Source of the DNA: Nitrospirota bacterium | Lineage (GTDB): Bacteria; Nitrospirota; Nitrospiria; SBBL01; JAADHI01 | Assembly (NCBI GenBank): GCA_029261135.1 | Contig: JAJDBX010000005.1 | Coordinates: forward strand, 2,231-66,230 | Reading direction: 5' to 3' | DNA: 64,000 nt | In this document: positions 19,646 to 29,210 of the stretch, one piece after another | How the letters are laid out: each line of letters begins with the position of its first letter | How positions within the stretch are numbered: position 1 is the stretch's first letter | Made by a program: the position numbers and the translations under genes | The notes under the pieces: generated by a model | The model's input: the letters and a program-made list of their open reading frames with translations, nothing else | The model's database searches: none | Told to the model about the DNA's origin: nothing

Positions 19646-21457
19646 ATGTCTTTGTCTCCTTTGATCAGTTGCCAATCGATTTCTAAATCCTTTGGCCCCC
19701 AAACCTTATTTTCCGATATCTCCATTGGTTTTTTTGAAAATGAACGCTTAGGCTTGATCGGGCCAAACGGTTCTGGAAAGACCACCTTATTACAAATCCT
19801 CGTGGGCCTTGAAGATCCTTCTTCAGGATCCATTTCTCGAAAACGCAATTTGAACCTGATTTATCTTTCTCAAGAGGAACAACTAGATCCTGAGTTGACC
19901 GTGAAAGAAATTCTTTTTCAAGGCTTGCCTGATGCTTTGGAAAACTGGGAATCCAATAGAGAGATTCGCGCATTGGTGAAAGAAATGGCTTTTGAGAATC
20001 TCGAACAAAAGGCAGGCACGCTTTCCGGCGGGTGGCGCAAGCGCTTGGCCATTGCGCAAGCCCTGATTCATAAACCAGATTTATTGTTCATGGATGAGCC
20101 GACCAACCATCTCGATTTGGAAGGGATTTTATGGTTGGAAGCTCGACTCAAACAAGCAGGTTTTGCTTTTGTACTAGTGAGTCATGACCGTTTCTTTTTG
20201 GAAAATACGACAAACCGGATTGTTGAACTCAGCAAGCGCTACCCCAATGGCTTCATCAAAGTGGAAGGAAATTACAGTCGGTTTCTCGAAAAACGTAAAG
20301 AGATACTCAACGAACAGCAGAGACATGAAGCATCGCTGTCGAGCAAAGTGAGGCGAGAATTAGAATGGCTCGCCCGCGGGCCGAAAGCGCGGACAACCAA
20401 AGCAAGGTATCGCGTGGATCAGGCTGCCCAACTTCAGAAAGATTTAAGTGAGGTCAAAGGCCGAAATAGGCAAAATCAAACAGCACAACTTATCTTTAAC
20501 CCGACTGATCGAAAAACGAAGAAACTGATTGAAACGAAAAGCTTGGGAATGACCCTTGGCGATAAAACACTATTTAAAAATCTCAATCTCATTCTCTCGC
20601 CGGGTTTTTGTTTAGGTCTACTCGGTCGAAACGGGACGGGAAAAAGTACCCTCATCCATCTTTTAAATGGCAGACTCACCCCCGATTCCGGGTCAATCAA
20701 AAAAGCAGATCAAGTCAAAGTGGTCACCTTTGGCCAAAAACGGGAGCAGTTGGATCAAGATCAATTGGTAAAAACTGCGCTTGCCCCAGAGGGGGGCGAT
20801 CAAGTCATTTATAGAGGAGAAGCAATCCATATCGTTTCATGGGCCAAGCGATTTCTGTTTACGACTCAACAACTGGGGCTACCCGTTTCAAAACTTTCCG
20901 GCGGAGAACAGGCCCGTCTGCTCATTGCAAATTTGATGTTAAAACCGGCAGATATTTTGTTGTTAGATGAACCGACCAATGATCTGGATCTCCCAACCCT
21001 TGAAATTTTGGAAGAACGTTTGGCCGAATTTCCAGGTGCTATCGTTCTTATCACGCATGATCGCTATCTGCTTGATCGTTTAAGTGATATCCTGCTTTCC
21101 CTAGAAGGCAATGGGCAGACCACCGTGTATGCCGATATTTATCAATGGCAAAAAGCGCAACAAGAATCCCCCGGCCCAAAAATGGCTTTGAAGAAATACC
21201 CCCAGCCTCAAAAAAAGAAACCTCAAACACCCCCTCAAAAACTGAGTCATGAAGAACGAAAAGAACTCAATCGCATTGAGATCAAAATTGAAAAGGCAAC
21301 GGAAGCGACTGAAAAAATAAAAGCACAGTTGAATGATCCAGCCATTCAAAGTGATGCCGAGCGCTTACTTGCACTCAGTGCAGAACTCCGTGAAGGGGAA
21401 GAAAAGGTCGAAGGGCTTTTTCAACGCTGGGAAGTTTTGGAAGCCTTGAATGAATAG
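19646..21457 (+). CDS. uup: ABC-F family ATPase (Uup-like)
   Basis: Two NBDs, ELEWLARGPKARTTK linker, C-terminal coiled coil ending RWEVLE. Confidence 0.88.
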   Translation: MSLSPLISCQSISKSFGPQTLFSDISIGFFENERLGLIGPNGSGKTTLLQILVGLEDPSSGSISRKRNLNLIYLSQEEQLDPELTVKEILFQGLPDALENWESNREIRALVKEMAFENLEQKAGTLSGGWRKRLAIAQALIHKPDLLFMDEPTNHLDLEGILWLEARLKQAGFAFVLVSHDRFFLENTTNRIVELSKRYPNGFIKVEGNYSRFLEKRKEILNEQQRHEASLSSKVRRELEWLARGPKARTTKARYRVDQAAQLQKDLSEVKGRNRQNQTAQLIFNPTDRKTKKLIETKSLGMTLGDKTLFKNLNLILSPGFCLGLLGRNGTGKSTLIHLLNGRLTPDSGSIKKADQVKVVTFGQKREQLDQDQLVKTALAPEGGDQVIYRGEAIHIVSWAKRFLFTTQQLGLPVSKLSGGEQARLLIANLMLKPADILLLDEPTNDLDLPTLEILEERLAEFPGAIVLITHDRYLLDRLSDILLSLEGNGQTTVYADIYQWQKAQQESPGPKMALKKYPQPQKKKPQTPPQKLSHEERKELNRIEIKIEKATEATEKIKAQLNDPAIQSDAERLLALSAELREGEEKVEGLFQRWEVLEALNE

Positions 21458-21669
21458 CCCCTTTTCATCATGAAATAAGAAGTCCCTTACATATTTACCC
21501 GGTAAAATATTTCTTAAAGTGCCCAGAATTGCCGCTTGTATTCAAGCCATGTTTTTATGGCTTACGCGTTAAAACCCAACAATAAATCTATATTATTTGA
21601 ATAAATTCTTGTCGCAAATTGTTAATTTTCAGGCACATCCGATTTTCCCATATTTTTCCCATTCAAGGC

Positions 21670-21685
21670 TGGCATCTCCTTTGCC
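21670..21685 (+). promoter_or_regulatory. Sigma54 (-24/-12) promoter
   Basis: TGGCATCTCCTTTGCC: GG(21671-2)-N10-GC(21683-4), ~40 nt upstream of the riboswitch. Confidence 0.7.
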
Positions 21686-21721
21686 TTAGTAAGCCCTCAT
21701 ATAAGATCCGCACCATAAAAA

Positions 21722-21849
21722 CCTTTGCCCAGAGCAAACCCATCGAAAGGTGGGGACGCAGAGCAACGGGGCTATCTGAGAAATACGAACAGGTTCTTTT
21801 AAAAGTTGCCTTCCGTATCGTTTTTTCATGCCAGCCGAGCCACCAAAGG
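21722..21849 (+). ncRNA. GEMM-I (c-di-GMP-I family) riboswitch, A20 variant
   Basis: GCAAACCCATC-GAAA-GGTGGGGACGCAGAGC...CAGCCGAGCCACC; closing stem CCTTTG/CAAAGG; long extended second hairpin. Confidence 0.88.
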
Positions 21850-21890
21850 ATCCTTCTCGCGGATCTTTGTTTCATCATGGAGGGTTTTTT

Positions 21891-23075
21891 ATGATCTCAA
21901 TTTCTCTACTTTCCTTATGTCTTGATCATCGCAATAATAATATTGTTTGTACATTGAATTCTTTTTTTAAGGATCAGAAATCATTACTAATTACCCTATC
22001 CACCGGATTACTCTTTGCTTTCAATTCACTCGCCTTCGGCGCAAGTGCCAGCTTATCCTGGGATGCCAATACAGAGTCGGATCTTTCAGGCTACAAAGTC
22101 TACTATGGCACATCTTCGGGAAGTTATGGCTCCCCCATTACCCTGGGAAATACAACCAGCCATTCCATCTCGGGATTGGGGGATAGCACCTATTATTTCT
22201 CGGTCACTGCATATGATACTTCGGGAAACGAAAGTGCTTTCTCGATTGAAGCAAGTAAGACTTTTTCGAGTGGATCGGGTTCCGGTTCGGACGCCACAGC
22301 GCCTGTGATTACAAACACCAGTATTCAAAGCATCACCGGCAACACGGCAACGATCACATGGACCACCGATGAACCTGCCACCTCTCAGGTCTTCTTTGGT
22401 CTGACCAATACCTACGGCTCAAGCAGCATAGAAAATCAAACGCTTGAGACGAGCCACAGTCATGTCCTCACAGGATTGACTGAAGGGACAGACTATCACT
22501 TTAGTGTCAGTAGCGCGGATGTGAGTAGCAATACAAGCACATCGAATGATGACACTTTCAGCACGAGCACTTTAGAAAGTGTCGATTCCACGCCGCCTGC
22601 CGATGTCACGTTATTCATTGCTTCCGGTGAAGATCGCCAGATGGTGCTGACATGGATCAATCCTTCAGATAGCGATTTTGTTGGTGTGCGTCTTCGGTTT
22701 AGAGCCGATCGCTTTCCGAGCGATCTTAATGATGGTGCGCTTTTATCGGATATCGTCGGTGATCCAGCGCAAAATATGCGGATCGTCCACAGTGGTCTGG
22801 CCGAGGGAACGACTTACTACTACCTTGCAGCCACCTACGATGCCAGTGGTAATTTCCAAACAACGGCATTTGTTTCAGGGACAACGAAGTTAACCCAAAC
22901 GAACACTGACTCTTCTTCGTCAGGTGGAGGAGGTTGTGGCATGATTCGTCCGGGCGGGGGTGAACCACCCAAACCTGGAGATGCCGCAGGCATGGTGACC
23001 CTGATTGGTTTCATGTTTCTGCTTTTCTTGAAAAAGACTTTAGGTCGGAGAACCTTGCCGACTTTAAGAATCTAG
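21891..23075 (+). CDS. Fibronectin type III repeat surface protein with a C-terminal GGGGC-TM-basic sorting signal
   Basis: LSWDANTESDLSGYKVYYG..YYFSVTAYDTSGNES, ITWTTDEPATSQV, LTWINPSDSDFVGV; tail SSSSGGGGCG...MVTLIGFMFLLFLKKTLGRR; SD GGAGG before ATG 21891. Confidence 0.85.
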   Translation: MISISLLSLCLDHRNNNIVCTLNSFFKDQKSLLITLSTGLLFAFNSLAFGASASLSWDANTESDLSGYKVYYGTSSGSYGSPITLGNTTSHSISGLGDSTYYFSVTAYDTSGNESAFSIEASKTFSSGSGSGSDATAPVITNTSIQSITGNTATITWTTDEPATSQVFFGLTNTYGSSSIENQTLETSHSHVLTGLTEGTDYHFSVSSADVSSNTSTSNDDTFSTSTLESVDSTPPADVTLFIASGEDRQMVLTWINPSDSDFVGVRLRFRADRFPSDLNDGALLSDIVGDPAQNMRIVHSGLAEGTTYYYLAATYDASGNFQTTAFVSGTTKLTQTNTDSSSSGGGGCGMIRPGGGEPPKPGDAAGMVTLIGFMFLLFLKKTLGRRTLPTLRI

Positions 23076-23086
23076 TTCATCCGTTT

Positions 23087-23152
23087 TCTGAATAGAGCCC
23101 TCTCCATTTATCATATTTTTCATAACTTACTATGGAGAGGGCATCATTCAGA
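23087..23152. terminator. Inverted repeat after the FN3 gene
   Basis: GCCCTCTCCAT (23097-107) / ATGGAGAGGGC (23132-142), flanked by TCTGAAT/ATTCAGA. Confidence 0.5.
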
Positions 23153-23457
23153 CTACCTGGTTAAGCCTATAAAATAGATCCACTTTTCTTCAAAGTAACA
23201 ATTCCTTTGTTTGTTCTAAAACCCCACTTACCATAAGATGTGCTTCTCCGGTCGCCCGGCTCAATACGCTTCAGTTCGATGAATTTAAATCGAATGAAAA
23301 TATTCAAACCTCAGAAAGAAAAGAGACTGGAATATTGATCAAAAAATAGGGATAATCATCCGGTCACTAAGTTATCTGTTCTGTTTTGGATTCAGAAGGT
23401 CGGATTTTAGAGAGAAATTTAAAACCACATCGATTAATCGAATAAAGGAGAGCTTGG

Positions 23458-23796
23458 ATGACGGTATTAAGTCAAAAAAAATGTGAAGCATGCCGGGTCG
23501 GTGCGCCATTGGCAACACAGGAAGAGATTAAATCTTTTTTACCTCAAATTCCAGAATGGACCATCGTCGAAGTAGAAAATGTGAATTGCTTGACACGGAC
23601 TTTTAAATTTAATGATTTTTTGAGGGCGCTTGATTTTACGAATCAGGTCGGTCGTTTGGCCGAGGCCGAGGCACATCATCCCGCTATTTTGACAGAGTGG
23701 GGCAGTGTGGTGGTTTCTTGGTGGACGCATAAAATTAAAGGATTACACGTCAATGACTTTATCATGGCGGCAAAAACAGATGTCTTGTTTCAATAA
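23458..23796 (+). CDS. phhB: Pterin-4-alpha-carbinolamine dehydratase
   Basis: CEAC, AEAEAHHP, WWTHKIKGLHVNDFIMAAK. Confidence 0.92.
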   Translation: MTVLSQKKCEACRVGAPLATQEEIKSFLPQIPEWTIVEVENVNCLTRTFKFNDFLRALDFTNQVGRLAEAEAHHPAILTEWGSVVVSWWTHKIKGLHVNDFIMAAKTDVLFQ

Positions 23797-23818
23797 TGAA
23801 AGATAGGAGCATATTTTT

Positions 23819-24424
23819 ATGAAAGCACTTTGTGGTGAAGAAATATACACCTGGTCCACCTATAGTGAAGAGCATCAAATGGAGTTTCACAGTTTCTTGT
23901 TGTACCTCATCGAGGGAAATATCCTTGTGGATCCCTTGCCTTTTACAGAGGAAGATTTAAAGGATTTGCTTGATTTAGGTCCGGTTTCCGCGATAGTGGT
24001 CACCAATTCAGATCATATTAGAGCTACGGAACAGGTCGCCAAAAAACTAGGGGTTCCCGTGTATGCGCCGGAAGGCGAACGGGACGCCTTCCCTTTTCGT
24101 GTGGTGCGATGGTTGAAAGATGGCGATCATGTTGTGCCGGATATCAAGGTTTTTGCGATGGAAGGCTCAAAAACAAAAGGCGAATTGGCGCTTTTATTTG
24201 AAAAGAGCACCCTGATTACCGGGGACTTGATTCGCTCGAAGGAGACAGGAAAACTGGCCTTACTTTCGGATAACAAGCTTTCAGATAAGGCGAAAGCCCT
24301 CGCGTCGGTCAAGCGTTTGTCTGAATTGTCAGATTTAAAAACAGTGATTGTGGGAGATGGCGGGCCGCTTTTTGAGAACGGGAAAGAATGTCTGATGGAA
24401 CTCTTGAAATCAGAAGGACTTTGA
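23819..24424 (+). CDS. MBL-fold hydrolase-like protein with a degenerate metal motif
   Basis: NILVDP, VVTNSDHIR (in place of HxHxDH), LITGDLI, VGDG. Confidence 0.75.
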   Translation: MKALCGEEIYTWSTYSEEHQMEFHSFLLYLIEGNILVDPLPFTEEDLKDLLDLGPVSAIVVTNSDHIRATEQVAKKLGVPVYAPEGERDAFPFRVVRWLKDGDHVVPDIKVFAMEGSKTKGELALLFEKSTLITGDLIRSKETGKLALLSDNKLSDKAKALASVKRLSELSDLKTVIVGDGGPLFENGKECLMELLKSEGL

Positions 24425-24454
24425 GCCCTCTTTGGATATAGGAGAGTTAATGTT

Positions 24455-24994
24455 GTGAAGATCGCCATTTTATGGATGTTGAGCTTACTCGCTGTGATGT
24501 GGGGACTTGAGTTGCTCAATGTTTTTATGGGACATAGCTTAAGTCGGATAGGCGGTATTCACCCCCGAAGCCTGTCAGGGCTTTTGGGAATTCCCGCCAG
24601 TCCTTTTTTGCATTTCAGCCTCTTCCACCTCTTCCTGAACAGCCTGCCCTTTGCCATTTTAGGGGGCCTGATTTGTTTGCAAGATAAGAAATTATTTCTT
24701 GAAGTCAGCCTGATTGTGATTATCGTCTCCGGCCTCGCTGTGTGGCTTTTGGGGCGTTCTGCATCTCATGCGGGTGCGAGTGGACTTATCTTTGGTTATT
24801 TTGGTTTTTTACTCGCTTCAGGCTGGTATGCCAAAGATATGCAGTCCATTGTGATTGCGCTTGGCGTGCTGCTTTACTACGGGGGAATGGTTTTTGGTAT
24901 TCTCCCCTTACGTGCCTACGTGTCATGGGAAAGCCATCTCTTTGGATTTTTGTCAGGCATATTGGCTGCAAGGATGAATGTGCAACTGAAGTAA
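24455..24994 (+). CDS. Rhomboid family intramembrane serine protease
   Basis: PFLH..HL..N, HAGASGLIFG (catalytic Ser), SWESHLFG (catalytic His). Confidence 0.9.
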   Translation: MKIAILWMLSLLAVMWGLELLNVFMGHSLSRIGGIHPRSLSGLLGIPASPFLHFSLFHLFLNSLPFAILGGLICLQDKKLFLEVSLIVIIVSGLAVWLLGRSASHAGASGLIFGYFGFLLASGWYAKDMQSIVIALGVLLYYGGMVFGILPLRAYVSWESHLFGFLSGILAARMNVQLK

Positions 24995-25023
24995 TGGTGG
25001 TATTTTTTATTATTGGAGGGAAA

Positions 25024-25374
25024 ATGCAGGTTTTTATGTTTCATAATCCAAAATGCAGCAAAAGCCGACAAACACTGGCCTTGTTGAATAAAAAAGGCGT
25101 CACCCCGGAAATTATTCTCTATTTGAAAAATCCCCCAACGAAATCGGAACTTTCAGAGATCTTAAAAAAATTGAAGATGGAGGCGAAACACCTGATTCGA
25201 TTCAAAGAAGGGATTGCGTCTGAATTAGATATTTCTTTATCAGACGAACGCTCAGATGCTGCGTGGATAAAACTCATGGTTGAAAATCCGAAGCTGATTG
25301 AGCGTCCGATTGTCGTGACTTCAAAGAAAGCCATCATTGGGCGTCCTCCTGAAAAGGTTTTAGAAATTCTCTAA
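25024..25374 (+). CDS. arsC: Arsenate reductase (glutaredoxin)/ArsC-Spx family
   Basis: HNPKCSKSR, PKLIERPIV, IGRPPE; SD GGAGGG before ATG 25024. Confidence 0.85.
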   Translation: MQVFMFHNPKCSKSRQTLALLNKKGVTPEIILYLKNPPTKSELSEILKKLKMEAKHLIRFKEGIASELDISLSDERSDAAWIKLMVENPKLIERPIVVTSKKAIIGRPPEKVLEIL

Positions 25375-25415
25375 TTGGAATTTTGTGCCGTGTATCGCAT
25401 GAATTGGAGTATTTT

Positions 25416-25745
25416 ATGAAAATATTGCTTGGGGTGGTTTTCACCATTTGTACAGTCATCGGGTGTACAGTGCTTCCATCCAGGACAACATTATCCTTGT
25501 CAGGCTCACCTGAAGTCAAAACCGTCCGCCAATCTTCAAATGATGCCATCTACGATTCTCTAAAATCTGAAAACCTGAATCTCCCGATGTTTTCTAGCAT
25601 CACAGAATCCATAGATCAAGTCTCTAAAATATTGTATCTCAGTGTTCCTCCCGATTTTGAGGCGGCAAAAACCATAATCCAAAATAAAAAACCGGGAGTC
25701 CTTCGTGTCATCCTCATGGATGTGGATCGAACGGGTCCAAGATAA
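25416..25745 (+). CDS. Hypothetical lipoprotein (possibly frameshifted, continuing in 25705-25887)
   Basis: SD GGAG; MKILLGVVFTICTVIG|C lipobox-like. Confidence 0.55.
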   Translation: MKILLGVVFTICTVIGCTVLPSRTTLSLSGSPEVKTVRQSSNDAIYDSLKSENLNLPMFSSITESIDQVSKILYLSVPPDFEAAKTIIQNKKPGVLRVILMDVDRTGPR

Positions 25746-25892
25746 CCCGCCCTATCGTGGTCTGGAAGCGAAAAATACCCATAAAATGAAGGCGGTGATC
25801 GATGCCGTTTTGTCTGGTACAATCGAAGGGCTTGTCTCATATCAACAAGAAAAAGCACAGCCTTTTCCAGGCAATGAAGGCGAATAATCCGC

Positions 25893-28800
25893 TTATTTTT
25901 TGATGAGTTTTCTGAGCGCTTCTTCAGGGATCGCCGCTTGATACAGCGTTCCTTGCGCCAGGTCACATTTTAAGTCAGATAGAATCTTGGCTTGTTTCTC
26001 TGTTTCGACCCCTTCAGCGATGATACTTAAATCCAATGCGTGCCCCAAGGCAATCACGGCAACAATGATTGCAACGGCATGTTGATCTTCGCCAATATCT
26101 TTCACAAAAGCCTGGTCGATCTTGAGCTTGTCGATCGGTAGATTTCTCAGGTAGCTCAAGGAAGAGTAGCCTGTCCCAAAATCGTCGATAGAAAGAGTCA
26201 CTCCTTCTTCACGCAGTTCCGCTAAAGCGATTGAGACACGATCTTGATGACGGATTAAGGTGTTTTCGGTGATTTCTAATTCTAAGCGACTGGGGGATAG
26301 CCCACTTTCTTGGAGTGCAGATTTTATTGTATGAATAAAACCTCTATGTTCGAGGTTAAACCCGGAAAGATTGACTGAAATTTTAAGGGGGCGCAGGCCA
26401 TCTTTCTGCCAAGCTTGCGCATGCCGACAGGCCTCGTGGATCACCCAGGCATCAATCTTTTGAATCAAACCACTTTCCTCTGCGATAGGTAAAAACTTAC
26501 CGGGGAGGATCAGCCCTTTTTCCGGGTTTTGCCATCGCACAAGAGCTTCTACCCCAACAATTTCACCCGTATTGATGGACACCTGTGGTTGATAATAGAG
26601 AACCAACTCTTTTTTTCGCAAAGCCCGTCGCAGATGACTTTCGATTTCCAATCGTTCAAAAGCGGCTTCTGTCATCTTCTTGTCATAAAATTGGTAGTTA
26701 TTCCGTCCCGTGTTTTTTGCGTGATACATCGCGGCATCGGCATCTTTAATGAGTTGATCCGGAGTGTCTCCATCATCAGGATAAATACTGATCCCGACGC
26801 TGGCGGATGTAAACACTTCCCGACCCGATAATAGAAAAGGCTGATTTAAAGCGCTAATAATTTTTTGAATGACTTGAACGGTAGATCGCACCCCCTCAAT
26901 ACCTTCAAGAATAATGGCAAATTCGTCTCCACCGAGGCGTGCAATGGTATCCTCTTTTCGAACCAATGCACTCATCCGTTTTGCGACCCCGCAGAGCAAA
27001 GCATCTCCCACAGGATGGCCAAGCGAATCGTTAATGTTTTTAAAGTGGTCGAGATCAAGAAAGAGTAGTGCTAAAGAGTGATTATGTCGCTGCTCCCTTT
27101 CCATGGCACGGGCCAGGCGTTTTTCAAAAAAAAGTCGGTTGGGCAACCCAGTAAGCGGGTCATGGTGAGCAAGATGTTCCATCTGCTCTTGCGAACGTTT
27201 GATGGCACTGATGTCGGAAAAAACTGAAATGTAATTCATTAATTTCCCGTTTGGATCTTTGACAGAGCTAATGTTTTGCCATTCGGGATAGATCTCTCCA
27301 TTTTTTTTTCGATTCCAGATTTCGCCCTGCCAATGTCCTGTCGTCTCGATGGAATGCCACATGTCTTTGTAAAATAGCTTATCTTGTCGGCCAGAAACCA
27401 AGATGCGAGGGGTTTGGCCAATGAGTTCAGTCGCACTGTAGCCCGTGATGCGCGTGACGGATGGATTCACGGAAATGATTTTTTCATCCGTGTTGGTAAT
27501 TATGACCCCATCAATGGTGTTGTCAAAAACTCTTGAGGACAATTGCAGCCTGTTTTCAATGGCCTGCCTTCCCTGAATCAGACTGTTGAGTGATTCTGCC
27601 ATTTTTGCCACTTCATCTTTCCCACGCACTTCGACATGCCCACCGTAATCCCCTGTTTCTTCCACCTGCCGCAAAGCTTTAATAATGAGGCCAATACCTG
27701 AAACCAGGTGATTTGACACCTTAAGACCCAATATAAGTGCAATCAGCAATGTCGTCAGTGTAACGGAGATATAGCCAAGCAATGCAGTCTCAGCTGTTTC
27801 GGTTTCTTTTTCCGCAAGTTTCTTTAAGTCGCGCCCAATGTCGTCACTGATTTTTTTAAAAAGGTTAATTCGCTCTGTTGCAGATTCAGACCATGTGCCC
27901 GCGCCGATCTCGCCAAAACTTTTTCTGAGATAAGCAAATGCAGCTAAAACAGGCGCGTCATCCACGATGACCGATTTGTCGATCTCTGTGACGGGCAAGC
28001 CTTGTCTGTGTAAGGCTTCAACCGTAATGATCGCGCCACGATATTCTTCAAATGCAGCGGTGACCACCGCAAGTGCCAGCCGTTCTTCAATGCTCAGCCC
28101 GGGTGAGCTTTGGTACCAATAAATGAGTTTCCCAGACTCAAATAAGGCCGCATGAAAACGTGTGAGATAGTCCTCCTCTCCGCGTAAGACATAGTCTTTA
28201 AAATGGTGGATCATGCCACTGAAACCGATTAAGGCCTGCAAGGAATTTAAACGATCAAGTTTGTCCAATTTGATATGGGCCAGTTGACGCATTTCCTTAA
28301 TCCGCCTCTCACCAGGGCCGGTCAAGGCTGCCGCGAGCTGCTCATGATTGACTTCAGAAAAGGTGACTTTCCTCAGGTCTGCTAGCAATGCCTGTTGCTT
28401 TGCGATGTACTGCTGAACCTGTTCCAATTCCTCTCGGTTGATCTCACCTGAGGCCAGAACACTGTCGAACACATCCCGCTCAAGATTGGCGTATTCTTGG
28501 AGCCATAAAAGGTAGCTGTAGGCCCGCCCTTTTTTGACCAGTTTGGCGTCCTCCATGGCCATCCCCATGCGCTCAATTAAGTAAAGGGACTCTGTGTTTA
28601 CGGTGGTGTAGTAAGGGAAAAAATGACGCCGCTCTTCCAATAAATCGATGTTTTTCCGGTGAATAAGCCGTTTTTCAAAATCACGCATCAAGTCTTCCAG
28701 GTCGTGAAGTAGCTCACCTTCTTTGGTATTTTGGGTCGCCTGGAGTGAACTAAAAGACAACTGATTGACCGCCTGGTCACTCTTTAACCATTGATCTTCT

Positions 28801-29057
28801 AATGTTTGATAGATATTCTCGTTGGTATTTCTAAAATAAGCGGCACTGAAATTACGTTCTTTTTCTAGCTCGTAAACAATATCAGCCAGTTCTTGAGAAA
28901 TATGGATAATCTCTTGCGTGGACTGGACATCTTTAAATCGGTGCCATTTTTCACTCACACCCACGAGGCTAAAAAACAACAAGACAGAGATCGGAACGGT
29001 GAGTAGCAGCATCAGCTTGTTGCGAATTTTTAGGTTGTTTAACCAGGAAAAAATCAA
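25893..29057 (-). CDS. Membrane sensor NIT-HAMP-PAS-GGDEF-EAL protein
   Basis: TM1, NIT-like (LEKERN, EYANLERD), TM2/HAMP, PAS (WQGEIWNRKKNG), GGDEF, EAL, DDFGTGYSS; start set at TTG 29057 behind GGAGG. Confidence 0.9.
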   Translation of the reverse strand: MIFSWLNNLKIRNKLMLLLTVPISVLLFFSLVGVSEKWHRFKDVQSTQEIIHISQELADIVYELEKERNFSAAYFRNTNENIYQTLEDQWLKSDQAVNQLSFSSLQATQNTKEGELLHDLEDLMRDFEKRLIHRKNIDLLEERRHFFPYYTTVNTESLYLIERMGMAMEDAKLVKKGRAYSYLLWLQEYANLERDVFDSVLASGEINREELEQVQQYIAKQQALLADLRKVTFSEVNHEQLAAALTGPGERRIKEMRQLAHIKLDKLDRLNSLQALIGFSGMIHHFKDYVLRGEEDYLTRFHAALFESGKLIYWYQSSPGLSIEERLALAVVTAAFEEYRGAIITVEALHRQGLPVTEIDKSVIVDDAPVLAAFAYLRKSFGEIGAGTWSESATERINLFKKISDDIGRDLKKLAEKETETAETALLGYISVTLTTLLIALILGLKVSNHLVSGIGLIIKALRQVEETGDYGGHVEVRGKDEVAKMAESLNSLIQGRQAIENRLQLSSRVFDNTIDGVIITNTDEKIISVNPSVTRITGYSATELIGQTPRILVSGRQDKLFYKDMWHSIETTGHWQGEIWNRKKNGEIYPEWQNISSVKDPNGKLMNYISVFSDISAIKRSQEQMEHLAHHDPLTGLPNRLFFEKRLARAMEREQRHNHSLALLFLDLDHFKNINDSLGHPVGDALLCGVAKRMSALVRKEDTIARLGGDEFAIILEGIEGVRSTVQVIQKIISALNQPFLLSGREVFTSASVGISIYPDDGDTPDQLIKDADAAMYHAKNTGRNNYQFYDKKMTEAAFERLEIESHLRRALRKKELVLYYQPQVSINTGEIVGVEALVRWQNPEKGLILPGKFLPIAEESGLIQKIDAWVIHEACRHAQAWQKDGLRPLKISVNLSGFNLEHRGFIHTIKSALQESGLSPSRLELEITENTLIRHQDRVSIALAELREEGVTLSIDDFGTGYSSLSYLRNLPIDKLKIDQAFVKDIGEDQHAVAIIVAVIALGHALDLSIIAEGVETEKQAKILSDLKCDLAQGTLYQAAIPEEALRKLIKK

Positions 29058-29210
29058 ACAGATACCTCCAATCTGTAATTTTATCATATTCAAACCTATC
29101 CACATTAAAGTGAGGACAGGTTATATGGCGGTTCGCTTGACAATAGGAAGATAGAAAAAAAGACTCAAAAAAATTTCATATTCGAGGAAGATAAAAACAT
29201 ACAGCTGAGC

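Noticed and set aside
21828-21890. Upstream start of the FN3 protein and the ORFs across 21619-21894
   Set aside because: They overlap the riboswitch and promoter; SD GGAGG supports ATG 21891.
25024-25374. Arsenic resistance operon
   Set aside because: A lone ArsC-family gene without arsR, arsB or acr3.
25893-29057. Hypr-type cGAMP synthase as partner of the A20 riboswitch
   Set aside because: The specificity position is Asp (GHPVGD), as in canonical diguanylate cyclases; the same holds for 10380-12395.
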